Assembly: GCA_965228475.1 (NCBI GenBank)
Contig: OZ245817.1
Coordinates: forward strand, 1,440,001-1,504,000
Reading direction: 5' to 3'
Source: Myxococcota bacterium
Lineage (GTDB): Bacteria; Myxococcota_A; UBA9160; JAFDDA01
DNA: 64,000 bases
In this document: piece after piece, positions 41,292 through 50,633 of the stretch
How positions within the stretch are numbered: position 1 is the stretch's first letter
Layout: each line of letters opens with the position of its first letter
Made by a program: the position numbers and the translations under genes
Notes under the pieces: model-generated
Seen by the model: the letters and a program-made list of their open reading frames with translations, nothing else
Told to the model about the DNA's origin: nothing
Databases searched by the model: none

Positions 41292-42896
41292 TCACCGGCG
41301 GATCAGGGTGTCGTCGCCGAACAGCGCGTCGTTGGTTTCGGGGTGGTCGAGGTTGTAGTGGAGGCCCCGGCTCTCCTCGCGGCGGATCGCGGCTTCGATT
41401 ACGAGCTCGGCGACGGTGGCGAGGTTGCGCAGCTCGATCAGGTCCGGCGTCACCTTCACGTTCCAGTAGTACTCGGTGATCTCGTCCTGGAGCATGCGGA
41501 TGCGGTGGCGCGCGCGCTCGAGTCGGCGGTCGCTGCGCACGATGCCGACGTAGTTCCACATGAAGCGGCGGATCTCGTCCCAGTTCTGGGAGATCACGAC
41601 GGCTTCGTCGCTCTCGGTGACGGCGCCCGACTGCCACGGGGCGACGGCGCCGGCTTCGATCGGCGGGATGTCGTCGATCCGCTCGAGGCTCGCCTGGGCG
41701 GCGGCGTCGGCGAAGACGGCGGCTTCGAGCAGCGAGTTCGAGGCGAGGCGGTTCGCTCCGTGCAGGCCGGTGCAGGAGACCTCGCCGGCGGCGAACAGGT
41801 TCTGCACGTCGGTTTCGCCGTGGAGGTCGGTCCGCACGCCGCCGCAGCAGTAGTGCGTCGCGGGGACGACGGGGATCGGGTCCGTCGTGATGTCGATGCC
41901 GTACTCGAGACAGCGCTCGTAGATGGTCGGGAAGCGGTCCTTCACGAACTTTTCGTCGTGGTGCCAGACGTTCACCGTCACGTACTCGTCGCCCGAGCGC
42001 TTGAGCTCGGTGTCGATGGCGCGGGCCACGATGTCGCGCGGCGCGAGCTCCGCCATTTCGTGGTAGCGGCCCATGAAGGCGCGCCCGTCCTTGTCGAAGA
42101 GCCGCGCGCCCTCGCCCCGCATCGCTTCCGTGATGAGGAAGCTCTTCGCCTCCGGGTGGAAGAGGCACGTCGGGTGGAACTGGATGAACTCCATGTTCGC
42201 GATGGTCGCGCCGGCCCGGTACGCCATGGCGACGCCGTCGCCCGAGGCGATGTCCGGGTTCGTCGTGTAGAGGTAGACCTTGCCGACGCCCCCGGTCGCG
42301 AGCAGCGTCACCGGTGCGTGGAAGCGCTCGATCTCCGTCGTCTCGACGTCGATCACGTAGGCGCCGAGGCAGCGGTTCGGGCCGTCGAGCCCGGCCTTGC
42401 CGGAGGTCAGGAGATCCACGGCCAGGTGGTTCTCGAGCAGCGTCACGTTCGGGTGCGCCCGCGCGGCGGTGAGCAGGGCGCTCTCGATCTCGCGGCCCGT
42501 GGCGTCGCGGTGATGCAGGACGCGGCGCTCGGTGTGGCCGCCCTCGCGGCCGAGATCGAACTCGTGGCCGGGCGCGCCCTCCTTGCGATCGAACTCGACG
42601 CCGATCTTCAGGAGCGCCTCGATCATCAGCGGCCCGCGCTCGACGACGAAGCGCACCGTGTCCTCGCGGCAGAGCCCCGCGCCGGCCACGAGGGTGTCGC
42701 GCACGTGGGCCTCGAAGGAGTCGTTCTCGGCCACGACCGCGGCGATGCCGCCCTGGGCCCAGTTGGTCGACGAGTCCATCGCCCGCTTCTTGGTGACGAT
42801 GCAGACGCTGCCGTGGTCCGCCACGCGCAGGGCGTAGAAGAGGCCGGCGATCCCGCTCCCCACCACGAGGAAATCGAACTGGGAGGCGTGGCTCAC
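41292..42896 (-). CDS. nadB: L-aspartate oxidase
   Basis: VVGSGIAGL, STNWAQGGIAAV, REGGHTERRVLH, MEFIQFHPT, LITEAMRGEG, LAPRDIVARAI, GLHGANRLASNSLLE, RREESRGLHY. Confidence 0.96.
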   Translation of the reverse strand: MSHASQFDFLVVGSGIAGLFYALRVADHGSVCIVTKKRAMDSSTNWAQGGIAAVVAENDSFEAHVRDTLVAGAGLCREDTVRFVVERGPLMIEALLKIGVEFDRKEGAPGHEFDLGREGGHTERRVLHHRDATGREIESALLTAARAHPNVTLLENHLAVDLLTSGKAGLDGPNRCLGAYVIDVETTEIERFHAPVTLLATGGVGKVYLYTTNPDIASGDGVAMAYRAGATIANMEFIQFHPTCLFHPEAKSFLITEAMRGEGARLFDKDGRAFMGRYHEMAELAPRDIVARAIDTELKRSGDEYVTVNVWHHDEKFVKDRFPTIYERCLEYGIDITTDPIPVVPATHYCCGGVRTDLHGETDVQNLFAAGEVSCTGLHGANRLASNSLLEAAVFADAAAQASLERIDDIPPIEAGAVAPWQSGAVTESDEAVVISQNWDEIRRFMWNYVGIVRSDRRLERARHRIRMLQDEITEYYWNVKVTPDLIELRNLATVAELVIEAAIRREESRGLHYNLDHPETNDALFGDDTLIRR

Positions 42897-43102
42897 ATCG
42901 CTCCAGCTAGGGGTTTTCCCCTGAGTTGCCGGTTCCTGATGCCCCGACCGGCCCTGGCCGGTGTCTCACAGGGTACGGGACGGCTAAGCCCCGGCGTACC
43001 GCTGCCGATACGAGAAGACGCAGGGGCTCGTCGTTCGGGCTCGGCAGGGCGAGTCTATCTGCGCCGCGACCGCGGCGGCAAGCACTCGCGAGGGGAGGCT
43101 CG

Positions 43103-43735
43103 ATGCGCGCTCGTTGCGCGTCCGATCACAGGGGTCCGGTGGCCGCGCTCTTGGGGGCCCTGCTGGGGGTCTCGCTGCTCGCCGGTCCGGCTCCGGGGGC
43201 TCTCGCCCAGGGCCACGCCGTCCTCTACCGCTGGGTGGACGACCGGGGCGTGATCCACTTCACCAACACGCCCTCGGACGCCCGCTACGCCGCCGTCTCG
43301 CGCCGGAAGCCCATGGGCCCGCCCGTCGAGCGCCGCGGCGCCGACGATTTCGACCCGCTCATCCGCCGCACGGCCAAGCTTCATCAGCTCCCGCCGGCGC
43401 TCGTGAAGGCCGTGATCCGCGCCGAATCGAACTTCGACCCGGCCGCCCGCTCCCACAAGGGCGCGATGGGGCTCATGCAGCTCATGCCCCAGACGGCCCG
43501 CGAGATGGGCGTCGGGGACCCCTGGCGCGCCGAGGAGAACATCCGCGGGGGCACGCGCTACCTGCGCGCGATGGTGAACCGGTTCGGCGACGTCCGCCTC
43601 GCCCTGGCCGCCTACAACGCCGGCCCCCACAACGTCGACCGCTACAAGGGCATTCCTCCCTTCGAAGAGACCCAGGAGTACGTGCGCCGTGTCTTGGCCT
43701 ACTATCGCAAGTACCATGGAGAGTTCCGGCGATGA
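43103..43735 (+). CDS. Lytic transglycosylase (SLT domain) with N-terminal DUF4124-like segment
   Basis: Signal peptide; YRWVDDRGVIHFTNTP; AVIRAESNF, SHKGAMGLMQLMP, ALAAYNAG, PPFEETQEYV. Confidence 0.88.
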   Translation: MRARCASDHRGPVAALLGALLGVSLLAGPAPGALAQGHAVLYRWVDDRGVIHFTNTPSDARYAAVSRRKPMGPPVERRGADDFDPLIRRTAKLHQLPPALVKAVIRAESNFDPAARSHKGAMGLMQLMPQTAREMGVGDPWRAEENIRGGTRYLRAMVNRFGDVRLALAAYNAGPHNVDRYKGIPPFEETQEYVRRVLAYYRKYHGEFRR

Positions 43736-44492
43736 GCGCGCCCGGCGCGGCGTTTCGGGTCCCGTTTCCGGTCAGGGCGCCTCGCCGGTCGGCGGTCAGG
43801 GTCCCACGCCCGTAGCCGTTCATCCGGCCGCCGAGGCCGACCCCGCCACGCCCGAGGCTCGCCGCGCGAAGCGCGAGCGCGAGGAATTCTGGAACCTGCC
43901 GAACACCCTGACCGTGCTGCGCATGGCCGTGGTGCCGGTCTTCCTGATCTTCCCGTGGGTCGAAGGCTCGCGCGGCGGAAGCCAGCTCGTGGCCTGGCTC
44001 TTCATCGCGGCCGCCACCACGGACGTGATCGACGGCTGGCTCGCCCGGCGCGGCCAGACCGTGACCTCCATGGGGAAGCTCCTCGACCCCCTTGCCGACA
44101 AGATGCTGGTCTCGACGGCCCTGATCCTGCTCCTCGCCGTGGGCCGGATCCCGCTGGCGGCGGCGGTCATGGTGGTGGTCATCATCGGCCGGGAGCTGGC
44201 CGTGACGGGCCTGCGCTCGATCGCCTCCTCCGAAGGCCACATCGTGGCCGCGGCGCCCCTGGGCAAGCTCAAGGCCGTGACCCAGAACATCGCCATCGGG
44301 GCCCTGCTGTTCCCGGACCCGACCCTGGGCCTCCCGGCCCACGCCCTGGGCCTGGGCATGCTGGCGGTGGCCAGCGCCCTCACCCTGTGGTCGGGCTATG
44401 TATACTTCGCCGACTATTTCGGATGGGGCCGGGAAGCCTCACGTGGGGCCCCGGTGGGAGCCCCGGACCGAGATCAAGGAGCTAGTTCATGA
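43716..44492 (+). CDS. pgsA: CDP-diacylglycerol--glycerol-3-phosphate 3-phosphatidyltransferase (start uncertain)
   Basis: NLPNTLTVLR, TDVIDGWLARR, GKLLDPLADKML, RELAVTGLR, GKLK, TLWSGYVY. Confidence 0.9.
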   Translation: MESSGDERARRGVSGPVSGQGASPVGGQGPTPVAVHPAAEADPATPEARRAKREREEFWNLPNTLTVLRMAVVPVFLIFPWVEGSRGGSQLVAWLFIAAATTDVIDGWLARRGQTVTSMGKLLDPLADKMLVSTALILLLAVGRIPLAAAVMVVVIIGRELAVTGLRSIASSEGHIVAAAPLGKLKAVTQNIAIGALLFPDPTLGLPAHALGLGMLAVASALTLWSGYVYFADYFGWGREASRGAPVGAPDRDQGASS

Positions 44493-45802
44493 GCCGCCTG
44501 GCTGACCTGAAGGATCGGATCGACTCGCGAGACGCCAAGATCGGCGTGATCGGGCTCGGCTACGTGGGGCTGCCGCTCGCCGTCGAGTTCGCAAAGGTGG
44601 GCTTCGAGGTCGTCGGTTTCGACGTCGACGGCGAGAAGATCCGCGCGATCGGCGCCGGAAAATCCTACATCGAGGACGTTCCGGAGGCCGACCTCAAGTC
44701 CGCGATCGAAGCGAACCGGCTCTCCGCGACGGCGGACCTCGCCAAGCTCGCCGACGTCGACGTGATCAACATCTGCGTGCCGACGCCGCTGAACCGCACC
44801 AAGGACCCCGACGTCTCCTTCATGGCCAAGGCCATCGAAGACATCGCGAAGACCCTGCGCGAGGGGCAGCTGATCGTGCTCGGCTCGACGACCTACCCGG
44901 GTACGACCTCCGAGCTGCTGATCCCGATCCTCGCCGCTTCGGGCATGACCATCGGCACCGACTTCTCCGTGGCTTTCGCGCCCGAGCGCATCGACCCGGG
45001 CAACCAGAAGTTCACCGTGCGCAACGTGCCGAAGGTGGTGGGCGGCGAGACGCAGCTCTGCACCGAGCTCGCCTGCCAGGTGTACGCCACGATCTTCGAC
45101 GAGGTCGTGCCGGTCTCCTCGACCGCCTGCGCCGAGATGGTGAAGCTCCTCGAGAACACCTTCCGCGCGATCAACATCGGCCTGGCCAACGAGGTCGCGC
45201 TCATGTGCGACCGCCTGGGCCTCGACGTCTGGGAAGTGATCGACGCCGCGGCGACCAAGCCCTACGGCTTCATGAAGTTCGTGCCGGGGCCGGGCCTCGG
45301 CGGGCACTGCATCCCCGTCGACCCGAGCTACCTCTCCTGGAAGATGAAGACGCTGAACTTCAACGCGCGCTTCATCGAGCTCGCCATCGACGTGAACACC
45401 TCGATGCCCGAGCACGTGGCGACCAAGATCGCGGACCTCCTGAACGAAGACCGCATGCCCGTGAACGGATCGCGCGTCCTGATCCTCGGCGTGGCCTACA
45501 AGCCCGACGTCGGCGACGTGCGCGAGAGCCCGGCCCTCGACGTGATCGAGGCCCTCGAGGCCAAGGGGGCCGTCATCAGCTTCCACGATCCCCACGTCTC
45601 CGAGGTGAAGATCGGCGACAAGATCCACAAGAACGTGGATCTCACCGACGACGTGCTCGAGAGCGCGGACATCGCGGTGATCGTGACGGACCACAAGGCC
45701 ATCGATTGGGATCGCGTCGTCGGCAAGGCGCCGCGCATCTACGACACGCGCAACGCGACCAAGGGCGTCTCCGAAGGCCGCGAGCGCATCCGCAAGCTGT
45801 AG
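44489..45802 (+). CDS. UDP-N-acetylhexosamine/nucleotide-sugar dehydrogenase (WbpA/WecC-like)
   Basis: IGLGYVGLPLA, ICVPTP, STTYPGTT, PERIDPG, KLLENTFRAINI, PGPGLGGHCIPVDP, GVAYKPDVGDVRESP. Confidence 0.9.
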   Translation: MSRLADLKDRIDSRDAKIGVIGLGYVGLPLAVEFAKVGFEVVGFDVDGEKIRAIGAGKSYIEDVPEADLKSAIEANRLSATADLAKLADVDVINICVPTPLNRTKDPDVSFMAKAIEDIAKTLREGQLIVLGSTTYPGTTSELLIPILAASGMTIGTDFSVAFAPERIDPGNQKFTVRNVPKVVGGETQLCTELACQVYATIFDEVVPVSSTACAEMVKLLENTFRAINIGLANEVALMCDRLGLDVWEVIDAAATKPYGFMKFVPGPGLGGHCIPVDPSYLSWKMKTLNFNARFIELAIDVNTSMPEHVATKIADLLNEDRMPVNGSRVLILGVAYKPDVGDVRESPALDVIEALEAKGAVISFHDPHVSEVKIGDKIHKNVDLTDDVLESADIAVIVTDHKAIDWDRVVGKAPRIYDTRNATKGVSEGRERIRKL

Positions 45803-45808
45803 CGCTCC

Positions 45809-46669
45809 TTGCGGCTCGCCCTCCTCGATGACCGCGCCGTGCTGCTCACGGGCGCGGGCCACGACCGCGTCGTCGACGTGGCCACGCGCTCGGACGGCCG
45901 CTTCCCCTCGGATCCGATGGCGCTCCTCGCGGACTGGGACGCGGTGCGGGAGTGGGCCGCCGGCCTGCCCGGGGATGCCGCCGATGCACCGCTCGACGAA
46001 GCGGCCCTCGGCCCGTGCGTCCCGGCGCCGCGCAAGGTCTTCGGCATCGGCCTGAACTACCGCGGCCACGCGGAAGAGGCCGGGCTCGACATCCCGAAGC
46101 AGCCCATGGTCTTCACCAAGTTCCCGAACTGCCTGGCGGGCCCGCGCGCGGACGTGCGGCTGAAGGGCGAGCGCGTCGACTACGAGGCCGAGCTCGTCGT
46201 CGTGATCGGCCGCGGAGGGCAGGGCATCGCCGCAGAGCACGCGCGCGAGCACATCGCCGGCTACTGCGTCGGCCAGGACATCTCGGACCGCCGCGCCCAG
46301 TTCGCCGACAAGCCGCCCCAGTTCAACCTCGGCAAGTCCGCCGATACCTACGGCCCGATCGGCCCGGCTGTGGTGACCCTCGACGAACTCGCCGACCCCG
46401 ACGACCTCGCCATCACCTGCGACGTCTCGGGCGAACGCCTGCAGGACGCGCGCACGAGCGACCTCATCTTCGGCGTGAGCGAGCTCGTCGCCTTCCTCTC
46501 CCGCACGATCACTCTCGAGCCCGGGGATCTCGTCTTCACCGGCACGCCCGCGGGCGTCGGCTCCGTCCGGGATCCGCGCCGCTACCTCGCGCCGGGCGAC
46601 GTCCTCGAGACCGAGATCGAGGGCCTCGGCCGCCTGCGCAACGCCTGCACGGACGCCGCGGGCCACTAG
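45809..46669 (+). CDS. Fumarylacetoacetate hydrolase family protein
   Basis: KVFGIGLNYRGH, VFTK, DYEAEL, DISDR, GKSADTYGPIGP, TLEPGDLVFTGTPAGVG. Confidence 0.9.
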   Translation: MRLALLDDRAVLLTGAGHDRVVDVATRSDGRFPSDPMALLADWDAVREWAAGLPGDAADAPLDEAALGPCVPAPRKVFGIGLNYRGHAEEAGLDIPKQPMVFTKFPNCLAGPRADVRLKGERVDYEAELVVVIGRGGQGIAAEHAREHIAGYCVGQDISDRRAQFADKPPQFNLGKSADTYGPIGPAVVTLDELADPDDLAITCDVSGERLQDARTSDLIFGVSELVAFLSRTITLEPGDLVFTGTPAGVGSVRDPRRYLAPGDVLETEIEGLGRLRNACTDAAGH

Positions 46670-46728
46670 ACGGCGCCACCCCGGCGGGTGCTATCCTGAC
46701 GTTGCCCCGCGGTCCCGGGGAGCCGCCG

Positions 46729-47199
46729 ATGGCCGAGAGCCTCGAAACCCTGCTGGACCGCGTCGCCCGCTTGGAACAACTCCTGGAGGCGCGCGACATG
46801 ACCCGACCGAGCGACGAAGCCGCCACCGCCGCGCACGTCTGGAACCGGATCCCGTTCAGCGCCTGGCTCAAGATCAGCGGCCCGACCTTCGCGGTGATGG
46901 CGGCCGGTTTCGGTTTCCTCTGGAGCGCGCAACAGGAAACGACCGCCCGGATCACCGAGGTCCAGCAGGAGCTGACGGCGCAGATCCTAGAGACCCAGCG
47001 CGAGACGACGGCACAGATCATGGCCGTCCAGCGCGAGAGCACCGCCCAGATCAGGGAGCTCCAGCAGGAGACCACCGCCCAGATCCTGGAGGTCCAGCGC
47101 GAGATCCTCGACCTCCAGCGCAGCACGACCGACCGCATGCTCGACCTCCAGGGGCGGCTTCTCGAGCAGCAGCGAGCCGAGGGCGAGCAGCCCGGCTAG
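46729..47199 (+). CDS. Small single-TM protein with 11-residue (hendecad) coiled-coil repeats
   Basis: RBS GGGGAG, extended -10 TGcTATCCT; TM AWLKISGPTFAVMAAGFGFLW followed by five QxExTAQIxxx repeats. Confidence 0.7.
   Translation: MAESLETLLDRVARLEQLLEARDMTRPSDEAATAAHVWNRIPFSAWLKISGPTFAVMAAGFGFLWSAQQETTARITEVQQELTAQILETQRETTAQIMAVQRESTAQIRELQQETTAQILEVQREILDLQRSTTDRMLDLQGRLLEQQRAEGEQPG
46930..47094 (+). repeat. Five tandem 33-bp coding repeats
   Basis: QQETTARITEV / QQELTAQILET / QRETTAQIMAV / QRESTAQIREL / QQETTAQILEV at 46930, 46963, 46996, 47029, 47062. Confidence 0.85.
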
Positions 47200-47292
47200 C
47201 GGGCGCCCGCCGGGCCGCGGGAGGCCCGGCAACCCGCCGGAAGGGAAAGAGAAAACCGGACGCGGGAGCCGCCGTCCGAGGCCCCTCGGCCC

Positions 47293-47321
47293 TTGACGCC
47301 ACCCCCGATCTCACCCATGTT
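47293..47321 (+). promoter_or_regulatory. Candidate tRNA promoter
   Basis: TTGACG-17 nt-CATGTT, ending 10 nt upstream of the tRNA. Confidence 0.5.
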
Positions 47322-47331
47322 CCGGCTCCAC

Positions 47332-47406
47332 GCACGAGTAGCTCAGTGGTAGAGCGTCACGTTGCCAACGTGAGGGTCGCCGGTTCAAATCCGGTCTCGT
47401 GCTCCA
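47332..47406 (+). tRNA. tRNA-Gly (anticodon GCC)
   Basis: Acceptor stem GCACGAG/CTCGTGC, D-arm AGCTCAGTGGTAGAGC, anticodon stem TCACG/CGTGA with loop TTGCCAA, T-loop GGTTCAAATCC, encoded CCA. Confidence 0.97.
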
Positions 47407-47413
47407 CGAATTT

Positions 47414-47456
47414 CGAAGCCCCGTCAGGCGTTTGCGCCGGCGGGGCTTCGGCGTTT
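47414..47456 (+). terminator. GC-rich hairpin after the tRNA (terminator-like)
   Basis: CGAAGCCCCGTCAGGCG-TTTG-CGCCGGCGGGGCTTCG with a weak U-tract (GCGTTT). Confidence 0.55.
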
Positions 47457-47546
47457 CGGGGCCTGGCGCGCTGCCGAGTGCTCGCCCGCGTCGGCCGGTG
47501 GCAACGGCTAGTCTAGAGTGGCCCTCAGGAGGAGACCGGACACTCG

Positions 47547-48677
47547 ATGACGCTGCTGGCCACCTACGTGATCCTGGCGATTGCGGTGTCCTTCGTGTGC
47601 TCGGTGCTCGAGGCCGTCCTCCTGAGCGTGACGCCGGCCTACGTCGGCGCGCTCCGGCGCGACCGGCCGGGCGTCGGCGAGTGCCTCTACGAGTTGAAGC
47701 ACGATCTCGATCGGCCGCTCGCCGCGATCCTCACGCTGAACACCGTGGCCCACACCATCGGCGCGGCGGGGGCGGGGGCCCAGGCCGCGGTGGTGTTCGG
47801 GAGCGCGTGGGTCGGTGTCTTTTCTGCGGTGCTCACTCTCGCGGTGCTGATCTTCTCCGAGATCATCCCGAAATCGCTCGGGGCGGCCCACTGGCGCGGC
47901 CTCGCGCCGCTGACGGCCCGGGTGCTCCAGGTGATGATCGTGGTGCTCGGCCCCTTCGTCTGGCTGTGCCGCGTCATCACGCGCCTCGTGACCCCCGGCT
48001 CGAAGAAGGCCCGGATCAGCCGCGACGAGCTGGCCGCCCTGGCCGACATCGGCGCCGAGCAGGGCGTGGTGGAGGGGCAGGAGGCGGAGATTCTGAAGAG
48101 CCTGCTGCGCTTCAACGACCTGCACGCCGAGGACGTGATGACGCCGCGCACGGTGGTCGCCGCCTTCCCCGAGTCCGCGACGGTGAACGACGTGATCGAG
48201 GCCCGGGTCCCGTTCTCGCGGCTGCCGATCTACGAACGGGACCGTGACCACGTGACCGGTTACGTGATGAAGGACGACGTGCTCGAGCGCGGCGCGGCCG
48301 GGGTGCCGGAGACACCGCTGCGCGAGCTGCGGCGCGACATCCTCACGGTGGACTCGCGGCTCCCGCTCCCCCGCCTGTTCGATCGGCTCCTGACGCGCCG
48401 CGAGCACCTCGCCGTCGCGGTCGACGAGTACGGCGGCATGGCCGGTGTCGTGACCATGGAGGACGTGATCGAGACCCTGCTCGGTCTCGAGATCGTCGAC
48501 GAGGCCGACCAGAACACGGACATGCAGCTCCTGGCGCGGCAGCGCTGGGAGGAGCGCGCCGCACGGCTCGGAATCGTCGCGGAACCGGCCGGCCCCGACG
48601 CCGATGCGACCCCGGCCGATGAAGCCTTGCCGCGGGCTGCCGCCGGCGGTGGAGCGGCGCCCGACGAGGGGAACTGA
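47547..48677 (+). CDS. CNNM (DUF21) + CBS-pair protein (hemolysin/CorC-like transporter family)
   Basis: SFVCSVLEAVLLS, AAILTLNTVAHTIGA, FSEIIPKSLG, DVMTPR, FSRLPIY, VDEYGG..GVVTMEDVIETLLGLEIVDE. Confidence 0.88.
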   Translation: MTLLATYVILAIAVSFVCSVLEAVLLSVTPAYVGALRRDRPGVGECLYELKHDLDRPLAAILTLNTVAHTIGAAGAGAQAAVVFGSAWVGVFSAVLTLAVLIFSEIIPKSLGAAHWRGLAPLTARVLQVMIVVLGPFVWLCRVITRLVTPGSKKARISRDELAALADIGAEQGVVEGQEAEILKSLLRFNDLHAEDVMTPRTVVAAFPESATVNDVIEARVPFSRLPIYERDRDHVTGYVMKDDVLERGAAGVPETPLRELRRDILTVDSRLPLPRLFDRLLTRREHLAVAVDEYGGMAGVVTMEDVIETLLGLEIVDEADQNTDMQLLARQRWEERAARLGIVAEPAGPDADATPADEALPRAAAGGGAAPDEGN

Positions 48678-48755
48678 GCCGCGGGCACCTCGCAGTTTGC
48701 TGCCCCGGAGGCCGGCCGTGCGATAATGGGCCTCCAATCGTCGAGGAGGGTCGCC

Positions 48756-49763
48756 ATGAAACGGTTGCGCCTTGTCCCGATCCTGGCCGTCGCGGTTCTG
48801 AGCATTCACTCGAACTGCGGGCCCAACGATCTCGGTCCCGGTTGTTACTACTACGGTGAAGCCGGGAACATGGCTCGCCAGCTTTGTCTCATGCTTCCTG
48901 CGGGCGGACAGACCAAGGGTCTGATCGTGTACTTCCATGGGGGCGGCTGGCTCAACGTCGGAGGGCCGTTTCCCCCGGTTCCGCCGGCCGGCGTCACCGC
49001 GCAGCTCCAGGAGGGTTGGGCTCTGGCCAACGTGACGTACTCACTCAGCGCGCCGCCACCCGCTCCCTCCGAGAACCCCTTCCCCGTGGCGGTGCAGGAT
49101 GCGAAGCGTGCGGTTCGTTGGCTGAAGGCCAACGGCCCGAGCCTCGGCGTCGACCCCGACGTGATCGTTGCATGGGGTCACTCGGCGGGTGGGAACCTCG
49201 CCGCCATGGTCGGTGCGCCGAGCTACGAGCCGACGGGTCTCCCGCCGGCCCTGGCCGCCGAGACCTCCTGGGTCGATGCGATCATCACCTTCGCCGGGGT
49301 CCTCGACCTCGCGCACGTCCTCGAGATCCCGGATCTAGGCGAGACGGGAGATCCGTGCACGGCGGCGCTTCTCGTTCGGCAATACCTGGACCTCGAGACC
49401 ATCGACGTACCGGACTGCCAGACCGCGGGGCCCGAGGCCTACCGAGCCGAGCCGTCGAGCCCGGACTGGAACGTTGGCGTGCAGGCTTCGCCCTACGCGG
49501 TCTGGAGCGCCTACACGCAAACGCTGTCGGGGCCGCTGCCGATGCTCTTCATGGCCCAGGGCGACGCCGACCCCCTGCTCTCGGTCGACCAGACCGACAT
49601 TCTCTACCTGCTCTTCGACGTGTTCCAATCGCCGCGGGTCGACCTCTTTCCGGTGCAGGGTGCGACGCACGCTTTCGGCGAGCTGTTCGACGCGCTGGGT
49701 CCGGCACCCAACGCCATCGACGCGTTTCTCCTCGACGCGTGGAACACCTACTCCGTGCCCTGA
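48756..49763 (+). CDS. Secreted alpha/beta hydrolase (HSL/BD-FAE-like esterase)
   Basis: RBS AGGAGG; signal-like N-terminus; YFHGGGW oxyanion motif, GHSAGG nucleophile elbow, GDADP, GATH. Confidence 0.85.
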   Translation: MKRLRLVPILAVAVLSIHSNCGPNDLGPGCYYYGEAGNMARQLCLMLPAGGQTKGLIVYFHGGGWLNVGGPFPPVPPAGVTAQLQEGWALANVTYSLSAPPPAPSENPFPVAVQDAKRAVRWLKANGPSLGVDPDVIVAWGHSAGGNLAAMVGAPSYEPTGLPPALAAETSWVDAIITFAGVLDLAHVLEIPDLGETGDPCTAALLVRQYLDLETIDVPDCQTAGPEAYRAEPSSPDWNVGVQASPYAVWSAYTQTLSGPLPMLFMAQGDADPLLSVDQTDILYLLFDVFQSPRVDLFPVQGATHAFGELFDALGPAPNAIDAFLLDAWNTYSVP

Positions 49764-49851
49764 GTTCCTCGAGGCTGCAGCGGGCAACCCTTCGAGAGGG
49801 CCCTTCGACTGCGAAGCGGCACGAGCAATGGAGGCGGCGGTCCGAACACGC

Positions 49852-50472
49852 CTATAGCGAGCGCCGTGCCCCTCGCCGATGCAGCGACAAGCCGACCAGG
49901 CCGATGCCCAGGAGTGTTGCCGTCCCCGGCTCGGGAACGACGGCGATCTCCCAGGTGTAGTCCACCAACGCGAACGAGTTGTTCGTGTTGCCGCTGAAGC
50001 CGCCGATCGTCACGCCGTAGAAACCGGTCGCATCGATCGGCAGATCCGCGACGAAGAGGCTCACGTCGGCGAAGGGCACGTCCTGGAGTTCGAAGCGGAT
50101 GCTCGAGACCGAGGTGACCGTCGCGTCGTAGCGGAACAGCTCGACTCGGATCCGGTTGAGGATCGCGTCGCCATCGACCTTGGCCGCGGAGAGCGTGATC
50201 GAATCGATCTCGAGCCCGGCTCCCAGCGACAACAACGCCGTGTCGAAGCTGCTCGGGATCGTGCCGCCCCACTGCGCCGTGCCGGTGATCACGTTCGTTC
50301 CGGCCCCGAGCGGCAGTGCGCTGCCGGGTGAGTGGGAGCCCGGCGCGAAGGTGCCGGGCAGGGACCCGTCTACGGCTTCGTCGTAGACGATGGGCGCAGC
50401 GCTCGCGGCGGCCGGCATGAACGTGGCGAGAACCGCAGCCGCCAAGGCGGCCCCTGCGAAGATCCTACGCAT
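49852..50472 (-). CDS. PEP-CTERM sorting-domain protein
   Basis: Signal peptide MRRIFAGAALAAAVLATFMPAAASA; C-terminus VPEPGTATLLGIGLVGLSLHRRGARRSL. Confidence 0.88.
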   Translation of the reverse strand: MRRIFAGAALAAAVLATFMPAAASAAPIVYDEAVDGSLPGTFAPGSHSPGSALPLGAGTNVITGTAQWGGTIPSSFDTALLSLGAGLEIDSITLSAAKVDGDAILNRIRVELFRYDATVTSVSSIRFELQDVPFADVSLFVADLPIDATGFYGVTIGGFSGNTNNSFALVDYTWEIAVVPEPGTATLLGIGLVGLSLHRRGARRSL

Positions 50473-50633
50473 GTGGATTGCTCCCCTCTTCGGGGTAGTG
50501 GCCGCGAACACGGAAAGGTGTCGCGGGCGGCGGCTGGGAATGGGGACGGGCGGGACCCGACGGTCCCTCCAGCCCTCGCTCCCCTGGGGATCCGTCATGA
50601 TGCGAAGCGATCGGGCCGGACCGCGAGCCCGGG

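Noticed and set aside
46930..47094. 33-bp tandem repeats as a possible CRISPR array
   Set aside because: No spacers, degenerate at synonymous positions, in-frame coding, and no cas genes in the window
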